Notes: a model not told the origin generated them from the letters alone. DNA of 64,000 bases from a bacterium (GCA_029099845.1 JAQXOT010000019.1:13733-77732); one strand, 5' to 3'; positions 45,373 to 55,660 are shown, counted from the stretch's first letter. Translations and numbers: made by a program.

Positions 45373-46107
45373 ATGGAAAAAAATAGTAAGGTTATTAATG
45401 ATGAATTGATGGATAAGAAAAATGCTGGTCTAAAAGAAAAAAAAGTTGATTACAAAAAAAAGAAACGCCATAAAAAGAAATTGACACAGGCTGATATTAA
45501 GAAATATTCAATGAATGAATTAGACCATGTTATTTTAAAAATAAAAGCTAATGAGGCTAAGTATACAATTATTTTGGTTTTCTTTATATTACTGATATTT
45601 TTCCTTTTGTCATATATAATTTTTTCTTCTGTGCAGGAGAGAGTTAGTCATAATACTTTGAAAAATGGCAGTTTATATATTGGTTTTAAAGAAAATAAGA
45701 ATGGACTAGGGGATATAATTGATTTAGTTGATGCTTCAACTTATAGTAGTGGTGATCAAGTATCTGATACCTATCAGGTTACGATTACTAACGATTCATC
45801 TTCTAAAAGAAAATATCAAGTTTTGATAGTTGATGATGATGAGATGATTGAAATGGATAATTGTAAAGAGATATTTTTACCACGAAGTTTTTTAAGATAT
45901 AATGTTAATAATGGTTTAGACAAGGCTTTTGATAGTGATGAAGATAATCGTATTATTTATGGAGAGTTAGATGGAAAAGGATCAATTACTTATACAATAA
46001 AAGTGTGGGTTAGTGATACATATTTAGATAATCCGCATTATCATGGGAAAATTGTTGTTAAACAAGTTAATGAAGAAGAACAAAATGTTAGTAACTTAGA
46101 AGACTAA
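45373..46107 (+). CDS. Membrane-anchored hypothetical protein
   Basis: Basic N-terminus, one TM helix, beta-rich extracytoplasmic domain. Confidence 0.7.
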   Translation: MEKNSKVINDELMDKKNAGLKEKKVDYKKKKRHKKKLTQADIKKYSMNELDHVILKIKANEAKYTIILVFFILLIFFLLSYIIFSSVQERVSHNTLKNGSLYIGFKENKNGLGDIIDLVDASTYSSGDQVSDTYQVTITNDSSSKRKYQVLIVDDDEMIEMDNCKEIFLPRSFLRYNVNNGLDKAFDSDEDNRIIYGELDGKGSITYTIKVWVSDTYLDNPHYHGKIVVKQVNEEEQNVSNLED

Positions 46108-46126
46108 GATTAAGCATTTTGTTTTT

Positions 46127-46894
46127 TTATTCGTCTTTAAAAAAATTAAGAATAATTTGATTAGTTAAATATGGATATTCAAGGTATGGGAAATGATGCG
46201 CATAAGGATAAATTATGATGGCTGAATTTTTTAAAAGTTGGTTAATTTTTTGACCATCTTTTAGTGGTGTTGCTTCATCTAATTTTCCCCATAACAATAA
46301 ACATTCGGTATTTATATATTTAAAGTATTGAGTTAAATCTTCATTAACAATATTTTTGAATGTTTGGTGCATACCTTGGGGTAAGTTTTGGTAGTCGTTT
46401 GAGGCAAAAGTATTTAATAGCTTTTGTTGATATTTTTCTTTTTTCTTAGAAAATCTTATTAGTTTTTTTAAGAATTTGTATAATTTTTCTTTTATATGGG
46501 CAATAAATTTTTTCTTTGGTTTTATACCGGCTATATCAATTAAAACCATTTTAGTGACTGGTATTTTATAATAGCCGGTGATGATAGCTGCGATTCTGCC
46601 ACCAAAAGAGTGGGCGATTATTATAGGATTGCTGATTTTTAATTTTTTCATAAAATTTATTATTATTTCGGCATAGTTATAAATTGTTAAGTCACTTGGT
46701 GGTATTTTACTATTACCAAAGCCTGGATAGTCAATAATATAAATTGTATAGTCATTTTTAAAAAAGTTGATGATGTTAGTAAAAGTGGAGCGAGTATTTC
46801 CCCAACCTGGTAGTATTAAAATAGTTTTATCTGAAATAGTACCATGTTTTTCATAATAGATTGACATGGATTTAGTATTAAAATACATATACAT
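46127..46894 (-). CDS. Alpha/beta hydrolase
   Basis: LPGWG, IDYPGFG, AHSFGG nucleophile elbow, LLWGKLD, HHFP. Confidence 0.9.
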   Translation of the reverse strand: MYMYFNTKSMSIYYEKHGTISDKTILILPGWGNTRSTFTNIINFFKNDYTIYIIDYPGFGNSKIPPSDLTIYNYAEIIINFMKKLKISNPIIIAHSFGGRIAAIITGYYKIPVTKMVLIDIAGIKPKKKFIAHIKEKLYKFLKKLIRFSKKKEKYQQKLLNTFASNDYQNLPQGMHQTFKNIVNEDLTQYFKYINTECLLLWGKLDEATPLKDGQKINQLLKNSAIIIYPYAHHFPYLEYPYLTNQIILNFFKDE

Positions 46895-46974
46895 TCACCT
46901 ATGATAGTGTATGTTCTATTGTCAATTTAGTGAAAAAACTTGTTTTATGCATTTTACCTGTGTTATAATTAAGT

Positions 46975-47152
46975 TGTCAGAAAGATGCGAGACCGACACT
47001 TTTAAAACCGACTAAAATAACGATACGGGAGTCTTGATCAGTTATCGGTGTTGAAGGCTTATATTTATATAGGAATCCTAATGATAACGTACGGACACCC
47101 ACCTAGTCTTCTTGACTGGTTTTATCGTTTGTTAGGACGCTCTAGTCTGACC
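46975..47152 (+). ncRNA. ssrS: 6S RNA
   Basis: About 180 nt with closing stem GTCAGA..GCG / CGC..TCTGAC, TGnTATAAT just upstream and T run downstream; lies between aspS and tcdA like Bacillus 6S-1. Confidence 0.72.
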
Positions 47153-47208
47153 TTTTTTATTGTCTAAATTTTAAGGATATGCTATAATATAGGACTATAT
47201 GAGGTGAT

Positions 47209-48024
47209 TTGATGTTAGTGTTGCCGATAGTTAATAAAAATAGAATTCTTAATGTTAAAGTATCTTTAAAGGGTATTACGAAAGTGCGAGAAGAAGCAAG
47301 TAATGATGATTTTTTGGAAAGTGATATTATTGTTAATGGTCGTTCTTTTATTAATTCTCATTTTTGTAATAGTGCCTCTTTTAATCCTATTGTTGATTTT
47401 ATTAGGGCAAATTTGGTTTCACAAAGTAAAAATTATTCTGTGGTGACAAAAAAAGCAAGCAATGGTGCTGGCTTTGATGTTTATAAAGTGGATATTCCTC
47501 CCGCTAAAGTTAGTGATGTATTTGATAGACTTTATGAAAAGGCTGTTTTGGATATTAGTAAAGAAACTCCAGGTATTTTAAAAAGTAAATATTTGTCATT
47601 TAAAAATATTGGATTAGCAGATGTTTTTTCTGATGAAAATGTACAAAGGGTACGAAAAATAGTTGCCAATGTTTATGATCAAAGTTATTGGACGGGAATG
47701 TTTGAAGAAGAAGGATTAACAGAGATGTTTCAAATTTTAGATTTAATAAATATTTTGGATTTTACTATTGTAAGTGGATCTTCTATTTCGGAAGAATCTT
47801 TATTAGCAATTAGGGATTCTTTTGATAAAATTAATTCTAAAGATACTAAAAGTCTTAATAATTATTATAATATGGCTATAGATAATCAGGATATTTATGG
47901 GAAAATGTCATATGTTAGTATGATGGTATTTGGGAGACCATTAAATCTAATTAAATCTGGTAATCAAAAAAAGACAACACAATTAGTTAAGTCTAGTGAA
48001 AGGGTGGATGAGAAAATTGCCTAA
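47209..48024 (+). CDS. Hypothetical protein
   Basis: 271-aa ORF with SD GAGGTGA, overlapping the tcdA start. Confidence 0.7.
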   Translation: MMLVLPIVNKNRILNVKVSLKGITKVREEASNDDFLESDIIVNGRSFINSHFCNSASFNPIVDFIRANLVSQSKNYSVVTKKASNGAGFDVYKVDIPPAKVSDVFDRLYEKAVLDISKETPGILKSKYLSFKNIGLADVFSDENVQRVRKIVANVYDQSYWTGMFEEEGLTEMFQILDLINILDFTIVSGSSISEESLLAIRDSFDKINSKDTKSLNNYYNMAIDNQDIYGKMSYVSMMVFGRPLNLIKSGNQKKTTQLVKSSERVDEKIA

Positions 48025-48700
48025 GTTTTCAAGATTAAGTAAAGTTATTGGCTCTGATATGCTTAATGAATTAAGTAAAAAGACAGTTTTAGTTTTAGGC
48101 TGTGGTGGTGTTGGTGGTTATGTTTGTGAAGCTTTAGTGCGAAGTAATATTGGGCGAATTATTATTGTTGATTTTGACGTAGTTGATGAAAGTAATATAA
48201 ATAGGCAGATTATTGCTTTAGAATCAACTATTGGTCAGAAAAAGGTTGATGTTTTAGAAAGACGACTAAAGGATATAAATAGTTATTGTCAAGTTGTTAA
48301 AATAGATAAATTTATAGATGAAGTGAATTTAGCAGAGCTATTTAATTTTGAAATTGATTATTTTGTTGATGCGTGTGATTGCGTTAAGACTAAAAAGGCT
48401 GTTATTGATGAGTGCCTTACGCGGAAAGTTAAATTTATTTCGTGTATGGGGACAGGAAATAAACTTGATCCTAGTAAATTAGAAATTGTTGATATTAGAA
48501 AGACAAATAATGATCCTTTAGCACGAATTATTCGAAAATATGTTAAAGATAAAAAAATTACGAGCAAAGTAATGGTATTATCATCAACAGAAGTTCCGGT
48601 TAAGACTGGTGATTCTGTGCCAGGCTCTAGTGCTTTTGTTCCGGCTGTAGCTGGCTTAACTATTGCGGGATATATAGTTAGAAGTTTTATAAAAAAATAA
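47996..48700 (+). CDS. tcdA: tRNA threonylcarbamoyladenosine dehydratase (ThiF family)
   Basis: LGCGGVGG, DFDVVDESNINRQ, SCMGTGNKLDP, DPLARIIR, GSSAFVP. Confidence 0.9.
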   Translation: MKGWMRKLPKFSRLSKVIGSDMLNELSKKTVLVLGCGGVGGYVCEALVRSNIGRIIIVDFDVVDESNINRQIIALESTIGQKKVDVLERRLKDINSYCQVVKIDKFIDEVNLAELFNFEIDYFVDACDCVKTKKAVIDECLTRKVKFISCMGTGNKLDPSKLEIVDIRKTNNDPLARIIRKYVKDKKITSKVMVLSSTEVPVKTGDSVPGSSAFVPAVAGLTIAGYIVRSFIKK

Positions 48701-48725
48701 AAAGCGTGTTTTACGCTTTTTTTTT
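48699..48725. terminator. Bidirectional terminator tcdA/lexA
   Basis: AAAAAGCGT-loop-ACGCTTTTT. Confidence 0.75.
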
Positions 48726-49341
48726 AAAATTTTCTATATAAGCCAATGGCTTTACCCAGAATGGTTACTTCTTTTAAAATAATTGGTTCCATTGTATCAT
48801 TTTCTGGTTGAAGTCTAAAGTAGCCGTTTTCTTTATAGAAGGTTTTTACAGTAGCTTCATTATCTTTATTCATTGCTACTACAGTATCACCATTATGAGC
48901 AGTATTTTGTCTTTCAACAATTAAAATATCACCATCAAAAATTCCTACATTAATCATTGATTCACCGCTGACTTTTAGAGTAAATATTTCTTTTTTAGAA
49001 TTGACTAGATTGGCTGGTAAAGCAAAATATTCATCTGGAGTTTCTATAGCTTCTATCGGTGAACCGGCGGTTACTTTACCAAGTAGAGGTACTTCAATAA
49101 CGTTTTCGTCTTTTTCCAAATACTCATTAGGAACTAGAACTTCGATAGTTCTATTTTTGCTATTTCCTTTTTTTATGTAGCCTTTTTCTTCCAACTTAGT
49201 TAAGTGAAAGTGGATAGTAGCAGGGGAATTTAAGTTGGCTTTAGCTCCAATTTCACGAACAGTTGGTGGATAGCCATTTTTGGCAATTAGTTTTTTGATT
49301 ACTTGTAATATATATTCCTGTCTAGTAGTAAGTTTTTCCAA
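48724..49341 (-). CDS. lexA: LexA repressor
   Basis: GYPPTVREIG, VTAG cleavage site, GESM (Ser) and ATVK (Lys). Confidence 0.97.
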   Translation of the reverse strand: MEKLTTRQEYILQVIKKLIAKNGYPPTVREIGAKANLNSPATIHFHLTKLEEKGYIKKGNSKNRTIEVLVPNEYLEKDENVIEVPLLGKVTAGSPIEAIETPDEYFALPANLVNSKKEIFTLKVSGESMINVGIFDGDILIVERQNTAHNGDTVVAMNKDNEATVKTFYKENGYFRLQPENDTMEPIILKEVTILGKAIGLYRKF

Positions 49342-49387
49342 TTAAATCACTCCTTAATTTGAGTTTAGCACTGTTAATGTAAAATGT

Positions 49388-49438
49388 CAAACAAATGTTT
49401 CAATCTTTATTGACACGAACAAGTGTTTGAGATAAAAT
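49388..49438. promoter_or_regulatory. Two Firmicute SOS boxes overlapping a sigma-A promoter
   Basis: CAAAC-AAAT-GTTTC (49388-401) and CGAAC-AAGT-GTTTG (49416-29); TTGACA (49410-15)-N17-TAAAAT (49433-38). Confidence 0.82.
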
Positions 49439-49467
49439 TAAATTGTAATTTGGAAGGAGTGAAACAT

Positions 49468-49614
49468 ATGACAGTTGTTAAAGAAAATATTAAGAAAGCG
49501 TTAATTATATTAGCTATTTATTCAATTATTACATTGTGTTTATTTATGGCATCAGAGAGGATACAAAGGCTTGAAGTTATGGGATATATTTCGATGCAAC
49601 AAATATATAAGTAA
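49468..49614 (+). CDS. Small single-TM protein divergent from lexA (48 aa; YneA/SosA-like position)
   Basis: SD GAAGGAG, ATG 49468; TM ALIILAIYSIITLCLFMA. Confidence 0.7.
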   Translation: MTVVKENIKKALIILAIYSIITLCLFMASERIQRLEVMGYISMQQIYK

Positions 49615-49650
49615 TGTTAGTTAAAGCTAAAAATTTATGGTATACTAGTT

Positions 49651-52272
49651 TTGGTGATTAGATTGAAAAAAATAGTTTTAGTAGATGGTAATAATTTGAT
49701 GTTTCGTAGTTTTTATGCTACGGCATATCAAGGTGTTATAATGAAAAATTCTAAAGGGTTTCCAACTAATGCATTGTATGGCTTTATTAATATGATGAAT
49801 AAGATCATTAAAGAAGAAGAACCTTCTTATATTATGGTGGCTTTTGATAAGGGAAAAACTTTTAGACATGATAAATATGAAAGTTATAAGGCTGGAAGAC
49901 AAGAGATGCCCGATGAATTACGGGTACAGTTTCCAAAAGCTAAAGAAGTGCTTCAAACAATGGGGATTAAATATTATGAAACAGATAATTATGAGGCCGA
50001 CGATATTATTGGAACTCTTGCAAAAATAGTTGATAATGAAGATATGTTTGTTGCTACTATAGTAAGTAGTGATAAAGACTTATTACAGTTAATTAGCGAT
50101 GAGGTTAGTGTTAAGCTTTTAAAACAAACTGGTTATATTATGATGGACAAAAATGAATTTAAAAATACCTATCAAGTTGATCCGATTAATATGATAGATT
50201 TAAAAGCACTTATGGGAGATTCTAGCGATAATATTCCAGGAGTTAAGGGGATTGGAGAAAAAACTGCAATTAGTTTAATTTCTAAATATGGTAGTTTAGA
50301 TGGAGTATATAATGCTATTGAAAATATAAGTGGCAAGACAAAAGAAAAATTATTAGCTGATAAAGACAATGCTTATATGAGCTATGATTTAGCAACTATA
50401 TATAGAGATGTTCCACTTGATTTTGAATTAGAAGATTGCAAGTATATTCCTACTAATAATAAAGAGTATATTAAATTATTAGAAGAATTTGAATTTTATT
50501 CATTACTAAAGAAAGTTTCAGTGGTCGAAGAAAATAGTGATGTTGATAAAAAGAAAATAAATACTAATCTTGTCATAAAAAATATGGAAGAATTTCAGGG
50601 TAAGGATTTTGCTTTTTATTTGGAAACTAGAGGAAGTATTTATAGTAAGAGTGAAATTTTAGGAATTGGTATTTATGATGGTGATAATGGTTACTTTATT
50701 AAAAAAGATGATATTGTTAAGTATAAAGAATTATTTGAGAGTAACATTTTAAAATGTACTTATGATTTAAAGAAAGCCTTGGTGGTTTTAAATAAATTAG
50801 GAATTGAGTTTAAAAATGTTTCTTTTGATACTATGATTGCTACATATTTATTAGACTATGTTGTGAAAGATGATATTAGTTTTGTGGCAAGAGCTTTTGA
50901 TGTGGAATTACCTATGTATGAGGAATTATATGGTACAGATAAAAGACCGCTTGATGTTAGTGATGAAGTACTTGCTTCGGTTTGTGTGCAAAAGGCTAAG
51001 TTTATATATGAAACAAAAAGTAGATTATTAAAAGAACTAGAAGATAGCTTAGAACTTGATTTATTTAATAATATAGAGATGCCATTAGTTTATGTTTTAG
51101 CAGATATGGAAATTACGGGAATTAAAGTTGATACAGAGTATTTAAAGACGATTGAGACTGATTTGAAGAGTCAACTTGATTTATTGGAAGAAAAAATTTA
51201 TGAAGATGCTGGTAGTAGATTTAATATTATGTCTCCAGCACAACTTGGTAAGGTTTTATTTGAAGATTTAGCTATACCTTATCCTAAGAAAGTGAAAGAT
51301 AATAAATATTCAACTAGTAAAGATATTTTAGATAAGATAAGATTTGTTCATCCGATTGTTGATAAGATATTAGAGTATAGAACTTTAGCTAAATTATATA
51401 CTAATTATGCGGTTGGTTTAAGAGAAGAAGTTCGGGAGGATGGACGTATTCATACAATATTTACACAAACTTTGACTCGAACGGGGAGACTTTCTAGTAT
51501 TAGCCCTAATTTGCAAAATATTCCAGCTAGGGCTGAGTATTCGCGATTGATTAGGAAGGCTTTTGTTGCAGATAGTAATTCTAAAATATTGGCGGGAGAT
51601 TATTCACAAGTAGAACTTAGAATTTTTGCTCATATGTCTGGAGCAACTAATCTGATTAATGCTTTCGTTAATGATGAAGATATTCATGCGAGGACGGCAG
51701 CAGATATTTTTAAAGTTAATATTGATGATGTTACTAAAGATATGAGAAGAACGGCCAAGGCAGTTAACTTTGGAATTTTATATGGTATTAGTAGTTTTGG
51801 TTTATCAGAAGATTTGGGAATTGATGTTTCGACTGCTAAAAAATTTATTGATAAGTATTTAGAAACTTATCCTGGTATTAGGGATTTTCAGGAAAAGGAA
51901 AAAGCTGATGCTTATAAATATGGTTATGTTAGGACGCTAATGAATAGGAAAAGGGTAATTGAAGAATTAAAAAATAAAAATTATATGATCCGTAGTAGTG
52001 GTGAAAGAATGGCTTTAAATACACCTATTCAAGGAAGTGCTGCGGATATTTTAAAGAAGGCAATGGTAGAAATATTTGCTGAGTTTAAAAAACGAAATTT
52101 AAAGAGTAAAATGCTAATTCAAGTGCACGATGAGTTGGTGTTTAATGTTTTGATAGATGAACTTGATGAGGTTGAGGATATTGTTAAAAATATTATGGAG
52201 AATACTTATAAGTTAGATGTTCCATTAAAGGTAGATATAGAAGTGGGAGATAATTGGTATGAAGCTAAATAA
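49651..52272 (+). CDS. polA: DNA polymerase I
   Basis: LVDGNNL.FRSFYA, YEADDIIGT, LMGDSSDNIPGV, TGRLSS..PNLQNIP, DYSQVELR, LIQVHDELVF. Confidence 0.98.
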   Translation: MVIRLKKIVLVDGNNLMFRSFYATAYQGVIMKNSKGFPTNALYGFINMMNKIIKEEEPSYIMVAFDKGKTFRHDKYESYKAGRQEMPDELRVQFPKAKEVLQTMGIKYYETDNYEADDIIGTLAKIVDNEDMFVATIVSSDKDLLQLISDEVSVKLLKQTGYIMMDKNEFKNTYQVDPINMIDLKALMGDSSDNIPGVKGIGEKTAISLISKYGSLDGVYNAIENISGKTKEKLLADKDNAYMSYDLATIYRDVPLDFELEDCKYIPTNNKEYIKLLEEFEFYSLLKKVSVVEENSDVDKKKINTNLVIKNMEEFQGKDFAFYLETRGSIYSKSEILGIGIYDGDNGYFIKKDDIVKYKELFESNILKCTYDLKKALVVLNKLGIEFKNVSFDTMIATYLLDYVVKDDISFVARAFDVELPMYEELYGTDKRPLDVSDEVLASVCVQKAKFIYETKSRLLKELEDSLELDLFNNIEMPLVYVLADMEITGIKVDTEYLKTIETDLKSQLDLLEEKIYEDAGSRFNIMSPAQLGKVLFEDLAIPYPKKVKDNKYSTSKDILDKIRFVHPIVDKILEYRTLAKLYTNYAVGLREEVREDGRIHTIFTQTLTRTGRLSSISPNLQNIPARAEYSRLIRKAFVADSNSKILAGDYSQVELRIFAHMSGATNLINAFVNDEDIHARTAADIFKVNIDDVTKDMRRTAKAVNFGILYGISSFGLSEDLGIDVSTAKKFIDKYLETYPGIRDFQEKEKADAYKYGYVRTLMNRKRVIEELKNKNYMIRSSGERMALNTPIQGSAADILKKAMVEIFAEFKKRNLKSKMLIQVHDELVFNVLIDELDEVEDIVKNIMENTYKLDVPLKVDIEVGDNWYEAK

Positions 52273-52284
52273 AGGAGTGATATT

Positions 52285-53106
52285 ATGCCAGAAAAGCCAG
52301 AAGTAGTAACTGTTGTTAATAGTTTGAGGGAAAAGATAATTGGTAAGAAGATTACGGGCTGTAATATTTATTGGGATAATATAATTGCTTATCCTACTAG
52401 TTCTAAGTTTAAGGAAGAAATTATAGGTGAAGTTATTAATGATATTGAATCCCGAGGAAAGTTTATTGTTATTACACTTAATAAATATACTTTGCTTATC
52501 CATTTACGGATGGAAGGAAAGTTTATGTTTCGGGAAAAAAATGATGTAGTAAGCAAACATGAGCATGTGGAGTTTATTTTAGATGATGCAATAAGTTTTA
52601 GATTTCATGACGTTAGAAAATTTGGGAAAATGTATTTGTTTTTAAAAGAGGAAGTTAATTTAGTTAAACCTCTTTCTCAGCTTGGATTAGAGTATTATGA
52701 TTCGGCGTTAACCAAAGAATATTTATATAATAAAATTCATAATAAAAATACACCAATTAAAACGGTTTTACTTGATCAAAGTATTATAGCAGGAATTGGA
52801 AATATTTATGATGATGAAATTTTATTTATGAGTGGTATTTTACCAACTAGAAAAGCTTGTGATGTGACAATTGATGAGTGTTTTTTGATTATTAATAACA
52901 CTAAAGATATTTTAGAAAGGGCAATCAAAAAGGGTGGAACAACGATCAAGAGTTTTACTTCTAGTGAAGGGGTTCATGGCCTTTTTCAAAATGAATTATT
53001 AGTACATGGAAAAGAATGTGGAATGTGCCCTAAGTGTCATAGTGAAATCGAAAAGATTAAAGTTGGTGGCCGAGGGACTTATTTTTGCCCTCATTGTCAA
53101 AAATAA
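52285..53106 (+). CDS. mutM: Formamidopyrimidine-DNA glycosylase
   Basis: MPEKPEV, HLRMEG, AGIGNIYDDE, GRGTYFCPHCQ. Confidence 0.96.
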   Translation: MPEKPEVVTVVNSLREKIIGKKITGCNIYWDNIIAYPTSSKFKEEIIGEVINDIESRGKFIVITLNKYTLLIHLRMEGKFMFREKNDVVSKHEHVEFILDDAISFRFHDVRKFGKMYLFLKEEVNLVKPLSQLGLEYYDSALTKEYLYNKIHNKNTPIKTVLLDQSIIAGIGNIYDDEILFMSGILPTRKACDVTIDECFLIINNTKDILERAIKKGGTTIKSFTSSEGVHGLFQNELLVHGKECGMCPKCHSEIEKIKVGGRGTYFCPHCQK

Positions 53107-53143
53107 AAGGACTTTTTTAAGTCTTTTTTCTTTTGAAAAAGTA

Positions 53144-53292
53144 TTGACATAATTGATTATAGGTTTTATTATAGTGAGCTAATTCAGGGGGATACTTAAT
53201 TTAGTTTTTTTAACAAGGCGAAATTTGTCATAATAAGTTCTCCTGAAAAAGGAATTTTCTTTATTACTTTTACCATAATAGTAATAAAGAAA
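53144..53292 (+). promoter_or_regulatory. sigma-A promoter and structured 5' leader of the surface-protein gene
   Basis: TTGACA-N17-TATTAT; stem 53183-98/53234-47 enclosing ACAAG-GCGAAA-TTTGT; perfect 13-bp inverted repeat 53256-68/53280-92 abutting the SD. Confidence 0.6.
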
Positions 53293-53302
53293 GGAGGAGA
53301 AT

Positions 53303-55660
53303 ATGATAAAACAATTTAAAAATATTATGTTGATGGTTGTTGGCATTGGAATATGGTTCTTATTTAGTTTGAATGTATCTGCAAGTGAATATAAAATTAC
53401 TTCAGATATGAGCCAAGAAGAAATAGATACTATTCTTGCTGGAATAACTTCAGAGGATATAGTTACTATTGATAGTGGTGATTATAGTACTGTTAAAAAT
53501 GATAAAAATTATCATAAAATTATAACAGTTTCTAAAGATAATTCTACATTTTCTATAAATGGTACATATACGGAATTACAGTTTATTATTCAAGCAAAGG
53601 GAGCACATATTATTGCTAATGATGCTATTATTGTTGGAAATGCTAGTACAAAGCAAAATCCTAGTGCAGCAATATTTGTTGAACAAGGAGATGTTACTTT
53701 GGATGGCAATTTAATATTATCTGATCATAATCATGCTATTCGTTTGGGTTATACTAATGCACCTACTACAGTATCTAGTAAATTCGTTTTAAGCGAATAT
53801 GCTAGTTTGACTGTTAAGGATAATGTTATTACAAATAGTAGTAATTATTATGGAAAAGGTTATGATGATCCTGATTCTTTAGTTTATAACTCACCAGTTG
53901 ATCAAGGTCAAGGAAATGGTACTAGTGGTTCTGGTATTGATATTCGAGGTAAAGGTTATACTAATTTTACAATGATGGAAAATTCTAAATTCTATGCTCT
54001 TGGCAATGCTAGAGCTGGTATTTTTTCTATTAATGTTACTAACTTTACTTATGATATGTTACCTAATTCTTATGCTTTATTTCAAAATAATGCTCAAGGA
54101 ATTTGTATGAATACTGATTTTTCTGGTAGTGTTAATATTAATTTGGATGCTGCTAGAATGGATGTTTTAGATAATAAAAGTAATGGTATTACAGGACAAA
54201 GTTTACCTTATGTTTTAAATTTAAAGAATAATTCTGAGGTTACTTTAAATAATAATGCAATTGCTATTAATAATTTTTATATTATAATGGATAAATCTAA
54301 GTTGACAGCAGTTAATAATAGAGCTCATGGTATTACTAATGTGGCAATTGATGCTACCGATAGTATTATTGATATTTCTAATAATGCATTTCTTGGACTT
54401 AACATCACTAAGTATAATGATGAGAAAACAAGCACTGATATTTTAAGAAGTACAATAACGGCTAATAATAATGGTGGTGCAGGAATTCGTTTTTATATTA
54501 ATAGTGGAGTGACTAATATTACTGATTCAACAATAATTACAAATGGAAATGGTTATGGAGAAGAAATATATGGCTTTTCTGTAAAACCAAATGATTCAGC
54601 TTATTGGGCTGGGGTTGTTGCTAAAGGAGATCTTTATGCATTAAATTCTGTGATGATGAGTGATGGTGTTAGTGGCTACGCTTTATATGATACCAAAGAT
54701 GGTAGTGCAACATTTCATGTTTTAGAGAATGCTGTTCTTACTTTAAATGGTGAAGAATCTAAAGACGTATTTGATGATTATAATAGTTCTATGGGTAATA
54801 CTGGACATACTGTTGTAGTTGGTGGAAGTTTACAAGCAGATACTGACAATATTTCTAAGTCTGATAAGTTAAGTAGTCTTTATGAAAATGAACAAAATCC
54901 AACTATTCCAAGTGTTTCAGGTGATAAAGATGATGTACAATTTTCTGTACCAATAAACGAGGATTATACCGCTTTAACTCAATTTACTTTAAATCAAGAT
55001 ATAAATAAAGTTGTTGGTGGGGAAGGAAGCCATACATTTACTTATTTTGATCCTAATACTTTAAGACAGTATGATTATACATTTAGATATAATACGTTAG
55101 GAGAAGATTTAGATGAAGATGTGGCTGGTAAGGCTTATGTTTGGACTCCTGTTTCTGTACTAAAATATGATGCTACTGAAGGAGTAATTAATTATTTAGG
55201 AACAGCAGGTAAGGTTTCATTTGGTTCTTCTGTAACGGACGGAAAGACTGGGCTTGCTACTAGATATACGCAAGATGTTACGATTTTTGGTAATTGTATG
55301 AATTTAGCAGAAAAGACTTTGGCAAGTGCAGAAAGGGAAGACTATGTATTTTTAGGATGGTATATAGCTGATGATAATTTATTGGCTTTAGAATATGCAA
55401 ACAGTAATAATTTTGAAGAACTTTATAAATTATTAAATACAGAATTTACTGTTAATACTAAGTTAGCAGTTGATAATATACCAGTTGATGAGCTTATAGT
55501 TTATGCTAAATGGGGAGAAAAAAATATTGGTTCAACAGAACCAGAAATTATTCCACCCAAAACAAATGTTGAGTATAATCAAAATCTTAAATTAATTTTA
55601 ATGATAATGATTAATTTAAGTAATTTATCTTTGATTAGTTATGCTATAAAAAGATATTAA
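53303..55660 (+). CDS. Large secreted surface protein: right-handed beta-helix, InlB B-repeat-like segment and putative sortase signal PPKTN
   Basis: Signal peptide ending VSA; repeated NN..GI rungs; AEREDYVFLGWY...VYAKW; PPKTN + hydrophobic segment + KRY tail. Confidence 0.75.
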   Translation: MIKQFKNIMLMVVGIGIWFLFSLNVSASEYKITSDMSQEEIDTILAGITSEDIVTIDSGDYSTVKNDKNYHKIITVSKDNSTFSINGTYTELQFIIQAKGAHIIANDAIIVGNASTKQNPSAAIFVEQGDVTLDGNLILSDHNHAIRLGYTNAPTTVSSKFVLSEYASLTVKDNVITNSSNYYGKGYDDPDSLVYNSPVDQGQGNGTSGSGIDIRGKGYTNFTMMENSKFYALGNARAGIFSINVTNFTYDMLPNSYALFQNNAQGICMNTDFSGSVNINLDAARMDVLDNKSNGITGQSLPYVLNLKNNSEVTLNNNAIAINNFYIIMDKSKLTAVNNRAHGITNVAIDATDSIIDISNNAFLGLNITKYNDEKTSTDILRSTITANNNGGAGIRFYINSGVTNITDSTIITNGNGYGEEIYGFSVKPNDSAYWAGVVAKGDLYALNSVMMSDGVSGYALYDTKDGSATFHVLENAVLTLNGEESKDVFDDYNSSMGNTGHTVVVGGSLQADTDNISKSDKLSSLYENEQNPTIPSVSGDKDDVQFSVPINEDYTALTQFTLNQDINKVVGGEGSHTFTYFDPNTLRQYDYTFRYNTLGEDLDEDVAGKAYVWTPVSVLKYDATEGVINYLGTAGKVSFGSSVTDGKTGLATRYTQDVTIFGNCMNLAEKTLASAEREDYVFLGWYIADDNLLALEYANSNNFEELYKLLNTEFTVNTKLAVDNIPVDELIVYAKWGEKNIGSTEPEIIPPKTNVEYNQNLKLILMIMINLSNLSLISYAIKRY

